The notes under the pieces are model-generated. The model did not search any database. It saw nothing but the letters and a program-made list of their open reading frames with translations, and was not told the origin of the DNA. A stretch of 64,000 nucleotides of DNA. Source: Balanoglossus misakiensis. Taxonomy: Eukaryota; Animalia; Hemichordata. Shown here one piece after another: positions 29,801 through 44,269 of this stretch. The stretch lies in the NCBI GenBank assembly GCA_040954595.2, contig CM082588.2:248001-312000 (forward strand), given 5' to 3'. The number at the start of each line of letters is the position of its first letter. Position 1 is the first letter of the stretch. The position numbers and the translations under genes are program-made.

Positions 29801-32800
29801 ATTTTCATTTCACGCATAAATTCAGTAACATATGATAGAGGGTGATGACAGCTCAAACTGTATGGCTGGCTTCCAGCTGATGCAAACTTTGTGAAACCTT
29901 AACATCCGAGTTTCTTTCAATTTGTTGTAAGGTTGCTGTAAGCTGTAGTTGCAGTTTAGTAGCTCGAGGTTTTGCCTTGCTTTTGTTAGAGTTAGACGGG
30001 TTTGATGTCCAACATATAGTTACTGAACAGCAGCTATGTAAGCTGTTGACAGGTTATTAGAATTCATAAAAAGTATTTTCTCATTTTCATGTAGCCCCTG
30101 TTTGCCGTATTCATGAGCAATAACTAACCTTTGCACTCAATTAGCACGCAAAATAAAACTATATTCCACTGCAATATTTAGGTACAAAGGTCAAACTAAA
30201 GTCCGATGCAGAGGTCACATTTCTGACTGCCTTCCATCGTATCAACTCAATTATCTTGCATTCATTCTTCAGAAAGAAACCTGATCACTACATTATCAAC
30301 AATATGATTTGGAACAGCACTTTGTTGTCACTATGGTTACCAGATTTTCTTAACAGTTGCACTTAATGTAATTTATGAGCAATGAATTTTCGTGAAATAC
30401 GCGAGAGCCAAGTTGCGTAAAATGTTTTTCGGAGATAACGATGCAGTAAATGAAATAAGAGAACGTGAAAATTAATCCTCGTGTAACAGTTGCCTCTTTT
30501 GATATCGCAAAAATAAACCCATTTGACAATATATCAACTCACAGCCTGCAATGATCTGGCTGCGCACAGCATTCACATCACATACACAGGCGCAGTTATG
30601 AAAAGATGTAGTCTCCATGCAGAGTAAAAGCAAACTGCTTTTGACAAAAGATCCTCAGGAGTATTTTCCAGCTGCAATCAGTACCCTTCCTTCTCTCTCT
30701 CGTTTCCTCCCTGACAATTGAAATACTATACCTCCCATGGCTACTCAACAGATCTCTTGAAATTCTCTTTATAACTTGTACAGGAACCTCCTTTGATCTA
30801 TTATAATTATGTGATACTACCCTCTATTCAGCTTAGACTTCCAAGAGGAAATTCATGTCGAACGTTTGGCAAGGACAGACGTTTCATGGTCAAACCCACA
30901 AGGTTGACTTTTGATATAAAAGAAAATGATCACATTCCTTCTTCTTCCGTTATCACTTTTTTGAAGATTTTCAACAGACTACATGGTACTGATATTCCTC
31001 AAAAGCAAAAACTGCCCTTTGGTAATAACAAATCACTGCCCCTTGGAGCTTCGATCTCAATGAAACTTTCCAAAGGTCTAGACATGGCTTTTGTTGCACG
31101 GAGCTATACCAGGAATTTTCCATTGAAAGAGCCATGATGGACTCTCTGTTCATTAAAAAGCACGCTGATGTGGTACAAAGCTTCTGAAAAGATTACAAAG
31201 ATCAGCACTGACATAGTGAAAGTTAATCCACATTTATTAATTTTCATTTAAAAAAAATTAAATGTGATATGACTGAAAGAAGCCCCTCGTGAGACTGATC
31301 AGTAATAAAGTTGTCTTTCCTTCCCAGACTAACAAAATTACTTTTCTGGTACATTCATTTTTCATGAATTTACATCAATGCAACGTAATTAATAAGTTTA
31401 CCAGTATAAGATTATCTTTTCTAAAAATCTAATAAACCTATGCATATTTAAAGTCTAAAGTCATAATTAATGATTATGTGCATGTTAATTAAACTATTCT
31501 GTACTCATGATACTCATGCGATGTAGAAAAAAGTGATGTAACAAAGTTTGAGAGATCATAGCCATGTCATATGCTGTGATACTGCTTGCTGGGTATTTGA
31601 AATAGGCACTCGAACCAAACTCCATGTGTCTTTGTTGGCTATTGAATCATTCTTTGGCATAATTCCATGACAACAGCACATAGAACATTCATCGTCTGGT
31701 ATAATGAAATCAATAATACACAGGATTGCCAGGGCAATACCATGATTTCTAGCCAGCATGTATACCTTCTGGCCATAATATTGATGATGACAGAGAGTCG
31801 AACTATGGTCACTTGACAATTTCAATTGGAACATGACAAAATATGGCCGAATTTTAATTCTATAAAACAATATCACTTAATTATCAGCCCTGTGTGGTGT
31901 ACGAAACTGAAGGATGATGAATTACTGGGTATCCTGGCCAGACAAGTTGAAAGAAATGTCTCTGGTTAATCCATAAAACTTTAAGTAAGCCTTGAAAACA
32001 AGACTCATAAACTGAATTATAAGAGTTGTTAAATGGCACATGATACCTCTAAGCTATGCAGAAAGAGTAATATTTAATGCCCATTTAAAAGGGAATAAAG
32101 TTTAATATGCAATTCCACCAGCGGTGACCTTCATCAAGTACACAGACTGAGATGCATGGATGGGTGGCGGCTAATGGTTTCAAGTGTATAGTGGTGATCA
32201 TGATGAATATCACAAAGGAAACATGGCACTAACTGACACCATAAATCAAGCATTAGTATGTCAAGAGATTTCCATTGCACAGTTTCTGCGGCAAAGTGCT
32301 AAGAAGTCCATCAGGAAAGAGTCGAAGGAATGAGAGGTATTATATAGCTAGCTATGCTTTCTACTAGATGAATTGCAGAATTTAGATATAAACTATTCCT
32401 ACAGATGCATTTACCAACATGTTTTTGTTTGTACTGTTATTCTGTACCATATGACAACTTCAGGAGAACACAGACCAGGCAGTAGTCAGCACATGTTATT
32501 CTACTGTACTCCAGAGTAAACCTATAGTTGCGACTAGGTAAATCATTCGTTCTCCTTACGATTTATGTGATGAGTATGTATGGAAAGAAACACAGTGTCA
32601 TATTACCCATCAAGCCTATCATCTGAACCTGGGTTGCCATGGTTTTTATATTAATGAGGAAATGGCTCTGAGTATACTCTTGGTGTTGAATCTTCTAAAA
32701 TGGCTCATTTGTGAATTCAGCTAGCAACAGTTAGGGTTATATCTCCCCAAGCTAGCAATTATTTCTATGCATATTGGTAGCACAGTAACAATGCAGGTTA

Positions 32801-35800
32801 ATGATACTGTGCCTAAAGCACGCCATTAACATCTTTGGTATATCAAATGATAATTCCATGCGTTGGAAATTAGCAGCATGACATGTCACTCGTCAGAACA
32901 GGGTATTGATGCCAAATGTTGTTGAGCAATGAAAATATTTTTCTGAATGTATTTATCTGTGTGTTTGTGTTAGCTAATCTGGAATCATGACAAATAGTCT
33001 GTCTGAAGATTGGACTAACAGTAAGACTTGTGATCCCATACCTTTATACGTCGGAGAATGTCACCAAATATTGGTGTATCTTCTATGAGATCCTCAAAGA
33101 TACCACTGTAGAGTTGAATGCGATGAAAATTCGGAGCACCACTGCGATGAAACTCATCCAATGTCATCAATAACTGAAAGAAAACAAAGCAAAACTTCAA
33201 GTGTAGAAGATTATAAAAAAAATCATATCAAAAAGGTATTGTGGATAGTATTGCAGACTATTGACATGCATATGTACATCTTATAGTGTTTTGTTCTGTG
33301 TTTGAATATTAAAAAGAGGATGAGGCAATATGTTTGAGAAATATACAAAAACTGGCAACAACGTACAAATGTACATCAAGTAATTGTTGTCTTTCACAAA
33401 ATCTATATGTGGGCAACTACAGGCTTACTCAGAATTAGACCCACAAAGGTTTATCCTATAAAATGTTTGTTTAACAATCTTGAGGCATTAACTGGTTGTC
33501 TATCAATCTTTGTTCATGTCTATCAATCTTTTTTCACGTGAATACTTATATTCTATGATTTATGATAGCCAGTGTGTTGTACAGATGGTGCACCATCTAG
33601 ATAGCACTTCATCCTGTCCAGATGGTGCCTGCTAAAACACAGTATCATATGAATGTACAAAACTGGCCAGATTATAAGAGATTTTGGTATCACCATGGCA
33701 ATGAAGCTGGAATTAACACTGAAGAGAAAGACGTCAGGCAACCTTGACAAATGCAAATACTCTGTAATCCCAATATTAAGCACAGCTTTCAAAATACCTA
33801 CCAAGACCTGTGCACATGCATACAGATTAAACAGATCAGTCTAATCACTCAATGCACTTCAAGAAAACTCAGTGTCCTACAAAAAAGCTGGCACAAAGCC
33901 CATGGCCAATGATCACAGATAATCAGTATTTATAGAACTCTGACGTATGAGGGTCTTTGCATGTTCGCTGTTTTAGGCAAATGAAGAATTGTAAGCAGCA
34001 CATACTTTAGAGCTTTCTTAAAGGCAAACCCTTCAGATGAGTCAAGTATTTGCTGTGAAACAATTATGGAGTCTGTCACTTCCATTCTGGAGATTCACAA
34101 ATGATCTCCTCTAAAAGAGGCAATCTGTATGTTAATACAATCTCTATGCCAGTTACTCATGCATATTACATGTATCATAGGAAAAAAAGGCAGCTTACAC
34201 AAAACAGAGCAGTTGTCACTGTTAATCCATCAAATGCAACAATCCTTTACAATATCAATCACAGAAAGTGACATCTTGGAATGACTTAGGCTCTGCTATG
34301 ATTGAACGGGATGAAAATCTGCCATAAGTTTAATTATCTGACCCCAACACTTACTTTAATATAGGCTTTTGAGCCACACTGTTGAGGATTAACTTTTTTG
34401 TACCAAACATGTGTGTAAATAGATTAATGTCAAGACATTACTCAAACTTTAATGGTATTGCCTTCACTTTTCCTTTGCAAATGTGTCGATCTTCAAGACA
34501 TATGACAACTATACTGTACTGAAACTATTGATCGCACTGTGACACTTCGTGTATAATTCAAGAAGTGTGTTACTGTTATGTACAACTGTAACTGTCAGTG
34601 ATAATTCCCCTGGGTTGGCATAAGCAAATGTAGTAATCCTTTGATGTGGTACAGGTACATGAATTGATTCTCTGACTGAACGATTTTTGATCATGAATCA
34701 GATGTTAAAGCAATATTCTAAGCAGTATATATTTTCACAAAGACCCTGGGAAAGACAAGGACTTTAAAATAAAACGTTGAAGTAAAGGACACTATTAAAC
34801 ACCATGAGATTATCGAAGTTGTCTCTTTACCAGTATAGCATCTAGCTTGGCTGATATGCAAGCGGTTAAAGATTAAACAGAATCTGTTCTGAACCTCTAT
34901 CAAGTGCCCTGTCTTTGCATATGAAAAGCAGTGCATCATGAATTCAAACCAACAAAATAAAGATATGATCACATTGACGTGATTTATTCTTGTGATACAT
35001 GGACATTCCCTAGCCTATCTGGATAGATAATGGCTTATTTCGTGACCAGTATTGTGTTTGTCAAAAATGAATGAACACATATATACATCTACTGCACGCA
35101 CTGACCCTGAAAAAATATCATACATGTTTGTGATTTACACCCTCAGGGTTTTCAGACAAACATGTTCCATTTGCCTGAAACTTCCTTTTAAGAAGATTAA
35201 TGTACGGTTCTTCTTTCACATTTTCATGTATGTTTTTTTCAGTGTATTCCAATTACCTAGAAACAGGTTGGACCGAGTACATTTGATCTGTTTTGCTCCA
35301 GGTGGTACATATCCCACTGATAGATAATATTTTTCTGAAAGTAGACAACTGCAGAACAGACACCGTCACGTACTACCAGTAGCACATGAAATGTTTGAAC
35401 ATGAGTGCATCATTTCGTGTATACAGTATGTGTGCATGTGAGTGTGTGCTGTGCGTGCATGTCTGTATATACGTGAGGAATATTGCGAGATCTTTCTAAC
35501 ACACCTGTACAATTACATAACGCTAAACAACACAAGTCCATAAACTTGCGAGAGAACAAGTGAAACAACTAACCTGTTGGCTGAAACCTACATCTTGCGC
35601 ATACAGTAAACACAAAACAACAAAACGACACAGAAATTTCCCTGAAGAGTATGGCTCAGGACTTTCACTGCACTGAGTTGCTAGACAGAACATACATCAC
35701 AGTGTTCAGTGATGATAATGCAAAGTGCTTACAATGCAGTAATACTTTGTACGAGCTTACTCGTATTAGACCCCTCAGCTCTATCATCATTTCTCAGCAT

Positions 35801-38534
35801 TACACGAAGGTACTGAATTGATGTCAAGTGCCCTGTGCAATATACACACATTTCCGTCTGACGGTACGGTACTTTAGCGCATACAGTACAGTTCCTCCAG
35901 TAAGAATTTTCCCAAATCCTGCCTGTTTTTAAAGACTAGACTAATGCGAATTTAGTGTCTGTTCTAACCGCGTCATTTTCAAGTAAGCATCCTGCTTCGA
36001 ACCAGAGCCAAATTTTAGACATAATATCGGCAGCGTTAGAGGGCCAGTCATAAACTCACATCATAACGTAAATTATTCTGGGTACTCAGTGTTCCGAGCA
36101 GAAATGTCAATCATCAGCACGTTAATTTCTAACCTACCTGGGAGGCTATTAAATAGTCCTGTAATGAGACAAGGAAATTTATACGTAATAAATAATGACA
36201 TCATCCACCATCATCTAGCAAAGAAAATGTCAGTGCGCGGAATTATATTCAGAATGATTAAACAAGATCAAGAAGACTGTTATTTAAATTAAAAAGACAC
36301 CAAACATGGAAAGATTGGAAAATTGTTAAAATCGATAAAAAGTCCTGGTACCATTTTGAATGTAAACATAATTATGATTTTGACACGTCAGCACAGCATG
36401 TTGCCATGGAAACAGTTTCTTCAAACTTCACTAATATAGAGACTGCATACGTCGCACTGGGAGGCAAGCCCTTAGGTCTGAGTGCCACAGTAAACACGGC
36501 ATATATCCATGCATTTTGTACGTGACAAGAGTTCAAAATGTACAATGGAGAAGTCGTTATTGTCTTGCTGAACTCAAGAAATGTGTCACTTCAGAATTTA
36601 TTATCATGTAATATTCAACACTCCCTTACCCCCACTGCTGGAATTATCCATGTTCAAGATGAAGTTCAGCTAGCTTTCACTTCTTTTTTAAAAACTAAAT
36701 TCACACTTTTTCTGATAACCAAGGGAAAGCAGCGCACTCAATTTCATCAGCATATACATTTACCTAGTACGCCCACACTTCCCACGACTCCCCCAGATTT
36801 CCTGTGCTTTTCATCTGCAGTCATAATATCAATATTCAATGTGAAATGATGACATCATACGCACTTTAAGTGATTGATAACATCAGGATATTGCATGTTT
36901 GATGGCAGGGTAATGGAATATACTCAGTCTATCATCATATCACGTGTCAAATTTAATTAAGCATGACTTACGAAATTTCTATCAGGATGATATTTATCAT
37001 ACAGCAATTAATTGACATGTAGTTTTTAAAGCTTGGGACATCCATTAGATCTGATTGTAATACTGAATATTATCATTAACAGAAAAGATATTTGGCAATG
37101 ATTTGAGCACGTTATATTAAAGGAAATGCCCGTATTCCTTGAAATCGAGGACATTTCTTCAGCACAATATTTTCTATTTGAAAGTAAACAGATCAGTATC
37201 CTTCTGTTCTTGAAAACTGTGAGGGTAGTAGTCACATGAGTGACAAGTACTCCGCTTGTACGGGTCCTCAGACGGACTTGCAAAGTAAACTCACTTACAG
37301 TCTACAGAGGGCAGTGTTATGATGCGGCCCTGCGAACAAGCATGCATTTGTCACATTGCAAATATTCTAATATTATGACTCACTAAAAGTCGACCATATA
37401 GAGATGGATCCCAAATAAAATAATTGAAAGAAACACACAGTATATGTAGTAGTCTGGTCCCCTGCCCCATTTCCACCGCTGGCTGCGCTACGCTAAAGGG
37501 AAAGGGGTCAGGTACGGGCCGATATCTTGGCCTAAAACCTGGCTGGAGCATATTATAGTGAAACAAAGACCACGTGATCATAAACAAGATGGATGCCTCC
37601 AATGTCTGTACGCCAATGAGAGCCATGTTTACAATAGCCCGTGCCTGACCCTTTCTCTTTAGTGTAGCACAGTCAGCGGTGGGAATGGGGCAGGGGACCA
37701 GACTATATATGTACATGAAGTTAAATAAAAATGTTTAGAAATATGTACCTGTTGAAGTTTTTGTTCTAAATGCTCGACAGCTTTCTTGCCAGTCAGGACA
37801 TGCTGTTCATTTGCATCAGGTTTCCTAAGCACGTGGTTTTCAAAGTCTTGAAATTTGTTGTACTGATCTCGCTTGGTTACCTCCCCTAAGTGCGTCTGGA
37901 AAAACCTCTGTTTCTGATATGCGTGCGACTTACTCTCCTGGGACAATGGACCTGGCTCGGCCGTTTTGACCGATTTTGGTTGGGTTCGCATCCCGAGCGC
38001 TGGCAGCATGACTTCTGGGAGGTTCAGCTCTTCAATGTAGACATGGTCGCTCTTGTAGGATGGGCTTGGACTTGCTCGTAGGTCCTTCATGTCCTGGGCT
38101 CGTTTTGTTAATCGTGGGGAGGGAGGTGGGGGAGGAGCTGTGTGTGGGGAGAGCGATGCAGTGGATCGTGGACTGAGACTCGGACTTTGAGCGCCATGCT
38201 TCCTGGCTCGCGGATCTACAGGTGGGAGAGGAATACTGCCACTGGTGCCAAGACTGAAGTTGTACATTGCACTTGTCATGTGATTCACGGTCTGCATGTC
38301 TTTGGATGGTTTGGGGATCTTAGACGGCGAGTTCATCACAGGCACTGATTTCTTGGCACTCTCCCATGTCACGTGTGAAGCCTTGGTCGGGTGCTTGTAC
38401 AGCTTGTTGTGGTTTAAGTGGCCAGAGCTGTAAGCTTTAATGTCCTTGCTATGCTCATGCAGCACGGCATCTAACAGCTGGCCCAGACGCCGCTCCTGAA
38501 CCGGTACTCTCTCCGTCATCTTGCACTCTGTCAT
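26832..38534 (-). CDS. C6orf118: C6orf118-like coiled-coil protein (TSNAXIP1_N-type region), about 526 aa, 6 coding exons
   Basis: Exons 38534-37749, 33173-33042, 28670-28483, 28311-28008, 27589-27528 and 26940-26832 splice in frame (1581 nt). Motifs SGHLN.NKLY, TKRDQY..F..FE..VL, LTG.KA..HLEQKLQ and FEDLI.D..IFGDIL..IK.EYDLYM match C6orf118 as I recall it. Confidence 0.8.
37450..37705. mobile_element. About 255-bp MITE with ~70-bp imperfect terminal inverted repeats, in an intron of the C6orf118-like gene
   Basis: The left end TAGTCTGGTCCCCTGCCCCATTTCCACCGCTG...GGTCAGGTACGGGC mirrors the right end GCCCGTGCCTGACC...CAGCGGTGGGAATGGGGCAGGGGACCAGACTA. TA occurs at both ends. Confidence 0.85.
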
Positions 38535-41500
38535 CAACTTCTGCAGAAAATCTGTTAATCTGTAAAAAAAAAAGGAATATAATCATATTAGCAATGCTTG
38601 TGCAGAGTCAGTGGAAGTAACATTGTGTATAGCGCATTGTCACCATTGACAACTCAACTGTATTGCAGTTTAGACTTACAAAATCCATTACTCAAACTGA
38701 AACGAAGAGTACCGGTAATACTGTAACGACATGGAACAAATTTTGCGATACAAATTGATGAAAAATAATGATAATGGAAGAAGTTGCAACTGCTTGTGTT
38801 CTGCTTTCCATGACCTGGTCAAAAAAGAAGAAACAAGACCAATATAATCACTTACAGAACACTCAGCTATCAGTTAATTCTCCAACTGATGAATCATGTT
38901 GCATGTTCATGAGTACAACTTCACACATCTGTCAATTACCCTCAAGCTGTTTAGTCCAATGAGATTTCAACGGATGTTATGAAAGCATGACTCTTGATTA
39001 TACAATTCCCAACACAGAGGAATAGAGCAATGCTTACAAAACATCCCTCAAGTCAAAACAAATCTTTTGCTAATATAGCGAGAACAAACACAAACACAAC
39101 TGGGTAAATTTTCTGTAGCAATACCAGTACAAGAATTGAATGAAACTTCACTCGATGCAATACCTGAAGTATACGCTGTTCTATTTACATCAACATAGAA
39201 AAAGACCTAAACATCTTGTAAATTGTAATTTGCAAGACTGAGCTTCTCGTATTACATGTAAGAGGATGCACGCGGTCGGTCTTCCTTTAATATCACTTCC
39301 ATATGCATGTACTTAAATGAGGTTAGGTTTCTCGTTTTCTTGGCTTACACATAATAGTCTATGTTAATCACTTAATCCAGTCTAATACAGGTACATGTAT
39401 ATACCCTATAATTACCTCGCCCAGGATTCTAATCTTTCAATCAAGGTCGCAGGGGTTAGACTTGATTTCCCCATCATACAAATTACGACTTTCATGAAGC
39501 CATTTCAAAGAGCTAATTTCCGGACTGGATTAAAGAGAAGTTGCATCGTGAACAGATCCCCAAGAATGACTGCGTGTCCTTACCTTTCCTGAGCCAATGA
39601 ACTTTCTTTTATTATTATCATTCTAGCACATATTTTGAGAAGTACACAGCTCCACTGAAGGCTCAATAATGGAAATGTCTGACACAAAAAAGACACACAA
39701 ATGTCTCATCCCCACCATCACCATCTTCTAGTATTACATTTCCTGCGATGAAAGCAGTCAGCAGCAAAACATCTAAGATATCTATCCTGATATCTATCTT
39801 GTCGGCTTTCACGCCACTTGACTGCCGTTGCAGAGAGTCAAAAATCAAAAACCCTTACGTAATATTCAAAATACCCAGGTGTACGGCTACTACAGCTAAC
39901 GCTATGTTAATGACGTACACCCTTATTCATCCACCACTGATATTTAAATTATATGCATTCGTAGTACACTCGTAACAGTGACAAGAGGGAAGATCGCATT
40001 AACATTTATATCCAAGGAAGTTGAAAAATGCCTTGTTCCGACAGCTCAGAAATGATTCTCCTTACGGGTAAGTTGGCATACTGGCAAGAGAAAGGCTGTG
40101 AGTCCACCGCACAACTACACACTCTGTCAAACAATTGCCGAAACATATACCGGTACATTAACTCAGCCATGCAAAGCTATTCACCCTTGCAAAGCTGTAT
40201 CTTCAGGGTGCAATTACTGATTCCTATCTTGTTTCAAGTATCCACGTACATGAACATTGCGACAGGGAAATACAAAGTCAGGAAGAGAGACCGGTAGCAA
40301 AATGTCTTCTGGGAATCAATCAAGGGAAAACGGTGACGCATGTTTCAATTTCATTATCTACAATCAAGATGGCCTGCTTACAGTGACAAAAAGAATCAAA
40401 TACCTATATATGTGACTTTAGACAAAATAAAAATCCCTATTTTGTGGACAGACAGAATTTTTATAATCCCTTTTTCTTGTAAATTGAAAGGGTAGGTCCC
40501 CTTAGATAATATACATGTATATTGTATTGTGAGCCATTTGCGTGGCATCATCGAGTGGCTATTTATGAAATGGGTGTTATCTCAATCTCCATCACCAACT
40601 TCAATAAAATTAGCAGTTTCCATGGCAATGCTAACGTCAATACACAACTTGCCATATTGTCTTGACAGGTTTTTTTCCCACTTGAAGAGCCTCCAGCTTT
40701 CCCATGAGGAGATCTCATCCTCGGGGTATTTTCAGTCATCCTGTTTTGTTGATAGAGGAAATTTTCCTGAAAGTGTCGTTGGCACATCTGACATTATGGA
40801 GATGGGTGTGTAAAAAGTCTGACAAAGGATAAAGCTGTTACAAGTGTTAGTAACAATTTTTCTCCAAAAATGTTCTCATGTATAAATAATGGGTTTGTAA
40901 TAACCTGCATAGCTCAACATTTCCAGGACAAACATCATAATGGTTTGACAGAAAAATAATTTCAGAGCCCTATTAATGTTGTTGAAGGGTACAAACTAAA
41001 AGCAAAGAAAGTGGTTTCACCCTCTTGAATTTCAAAAGCTAAAAAACATCATTTTTTATGAGATTTAAATTTCAGCAGAGCATTTATGCACTCGCTACTG
41101 GTGTAAACTATTGGTATCTTTAATATATTGAGAACGTTCCAGATTAATTTTCAACCGGACCAAATATGAACGAGAATCACATCCGTATGGTATGTTTGAC
41201 ATATAATTGTAACGATGCCTTACAACCAATCTGGATGAGGTAACCAATCAGTACAATGCTGGCCTATATTAATTCAATAAATGCTACACTGACGAAATAA
41301 GAGCCATAATGACTGGAGTATTAACATGGGCTCACCACCATCTGTTAACTACAGAAAAGTAAAATTTGATTTGGTTTTTGACGTCACCGTTGCCATGGTT
41401 TGTGTGGCGGTTTGAACACTTGATAGTTGTTGTTTTTTTTCAACAGAAGTACTGAATGACAACATTATCTGATTTGGGAAATAGCCTTAATCCAATAGCT

Positions 41501-42521
41501 GTCACCGACTGTGGAAGAGATCGGCAGAGAAATAATGTGATTATACTGGCAACATGGCAAAGCTGAATTAAACGTTTTTTTTTCAATTCAAATGAATTGG
41601 CAGTTCACAATGTTAAATACTGTATAAGCATACAAGCACTTTTATACCCAAGTGTAAACTGAAAAGGATTCGAGTCAAACACTTAACAACAAACTGAAAC
41701 CTTTTAGTGATCTTCTAGAAATGGCTTTTTTGCAACAAAAAAAGAACAACTAAACCGCACAGCAATAGTATTCAGCTTCTCAACAAATCCTGTTAATACA
41801 TGAACATTGCTATGGTATATATCCAGCACCAATATAGCTGACAATTGAATTTCAGTTCAATAAAATTTCATTCATTCAATTACGATAGGAATGAAACTGA
41901 TAACATGTTGGACTCCTTTTCAGTTCTAACTTCTAGTTCTAGGCAGTAGTGTAATTTTTAGACACTTGTTGCACCAACAACGACAAAAAGTTTTAAAATA
42001 AGGGAAGAAGAAATAATAATAATAATATACTATAAAATTAAAAATGTCAACAGCTGTCTTTCTTCCATACAGTACAAACCACAGCCGAATAGAATATCGC
42101 CTTTTCGAAAAAAAATCTTCTACGCTGACGGTTCATCAGATCAATGATGGGTGAAAGTACGAATGAAATATTCTCCAAATAATGTTTTATTAATATAGTG
42201 TACACCGGTACATGTATTAATTTTGAAATATACATACTTACATCATAATTCATTTCGAGTATTCCACTAACTATTATGCATTCACAGTGTGGGCTGTACA
42301 CAATCTGCCCGTGATACAAACGGCAGTGACAAACCTATACACGGAACTGAACGACTCCGTATGAGCAAAGTCACAGATCGCAGGTGCGGAAAACCAAAAT
42401 ATAAACACCGGTTGATGAGTGTTGAAAACGATCATGGAATCGACATGCCAATGTGTACACAAGGGGGCTATCTGTACACTTCAGCGGTGCACGAACCCCT
42501 CGATCGTTCGATCAAACATAC

Positions 42522-42735
42522 CTCACCAGTTTGAAATCCACCGTAAACTTGTGTGATAGCTGCACCGGCACACCGTGAGTCGACTTTTCACTGCTGTCAC
42601 TCGTGACGAGCTTTAGATCTCAACTTTTCCGCCATCTTCGGTGCAAATCGCTTGAGCGTCACGTACGCACGCGTCAATGCTATGGCAACAACCGAGTTTT
42701 GTTGTGGCTTATCACCGTATGGTGGCGCTGTTGAA
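42522..42735 (-). promoter_or_regulatory. Putative promoter and non-coding first exon of the C6orf118-like gene
   Basis: CpG-richer patch with a YY1-like AAGATGGCGG (42638-42629), an RFX X-box-like GTTGCCATAGCATT (42689-42676) and a minus-strand donor GTATG at 42521. A matching acceptor lies at 38560. Confidence 0.55.
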
Positions 42736-44269
42736 CGTCAAACTCAAAACTGGTTGTCGAACATCCAGCAGTATTTTGATAAACGCGTCCTACTTATAAT
42801 TTTTATTTTAGTGTAACTTAATTTCGCCTACTACTGCTAAAAATTAAATCTCAAAAACTGATTTTGCCAAGCACTGACTGCAGCATAACATATCACGCAC
42901 AGGGGGCATGATGTAAGTGATTGCCAATCATGCATTGGGCGTACCTAACCTCAAAAGCACAGTCGTGATTGGCCAATCCTAGCGTGAGTGGGGTATATGA
43001 ACGTGCCAATTAAGGATACGTCTTCATGAATTATTAATTTGTTTATGATAGGCCAACAAAAAGTTTGCGCAATCATATTTTTGACAGTTGTGGCCAGAAG
43101 ACTGAAACCTACGTAAGTACATGTATTTCACTTTAATGTTTTTTTAGTTTTTTTTCTTCGAAATTTACCTGATGTTTCTAAAAATCTCGCCTGAAATTGT
43201 AACCAATAAGTTCCACACACTCGTTCAAGCATTTCCATTCAATAATAAACACCTGTGCGGCTCTTTTCATAAAATGAATGAATTTAAAAAGAATAATTAG
43301 ATGTCGTCTGCATCGGACGTCCTCAAAAGGGAAGCCGCCGCTGGGCCAGGGAAAGTTATTTTTTTTATTAAATTTTCAAACTTATGTTTTAAAATGTTGA
43401 ATAATTATTATCGTGCCTAAATGTCATTGCAGTATTTACGCAAATTTTGTCTGTGCACGTTGTCGTCTGCGTCCAAATTTGTGAACCTGCTCTTTGCTGC
43501 AATCGCAGTGTGTCCATGCAAAATGTTAAGCGGGGTAGAGGGCAGTGACTATGTCGATTTTTAAATACAATTTTCGTGCGGGACCTTCTAACTTTTCATG
43601 GAAATATCAATTAAGCGTTCATTTTTCATTATTTTTCGGTCCACCGGAAAACCAACGCCATATTGGGGAAAATGCTGCCAACTGGAGAGAAGAATCTCAG
43701 TAACGACAACTCGGCGCCTGGTGACGACGTGTCTTTTGTTCTTGTGGTTGAACCAATCATAGGTAAGCAGACTCCATTCTGATACAATTGACTTTGTGAT
43801 TGGTCAGTAGTTTCAGACCCAGTATAATGAAGCCGTATTCGGACCACAATAATCAATTATAGTGTGCTTTAGTTTATTTGATCTAACTTGAACGTACAGG
43901 TTTCCTTTGTTTGCTTCAGTCTACTTTTGTTAGAATCTGGTCCTGGTATTCTTTAGGTTATTGTGATTTTGGGTATAGTTTTCATAATTGGATTGAGCCA
44001 GTTGTATGTTGGAGGAGAGATTAGTGCTTTGTATTGCAAATGTTTGTGGTCTTTGATCAGGATTAATTATTGTTGATAGTTGAATCTGGATGATGTGACT
44101 TCTGTTCCTTTGTTTTTGCTTATTATGGAGAATTTGATCGTTTAAATGTAGCAAGTGTGTTAATTAGATGAGGTTGTGGATGTTTAAATCTATCAATATA
44201 ATCTCAATCAAGTCTGTGTAGGCCTAAAATTAAGAGCTGTGGGACAATTTTTATATTAAATATAAATGT

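Noticed and set aside
28900-37400. Numerous 60-115 aa ORFs in introns of the C6orf118-like gene
   Set aside because: Apart from exon 33173-33042, none has recognisable motifs or a consistent exon chain.
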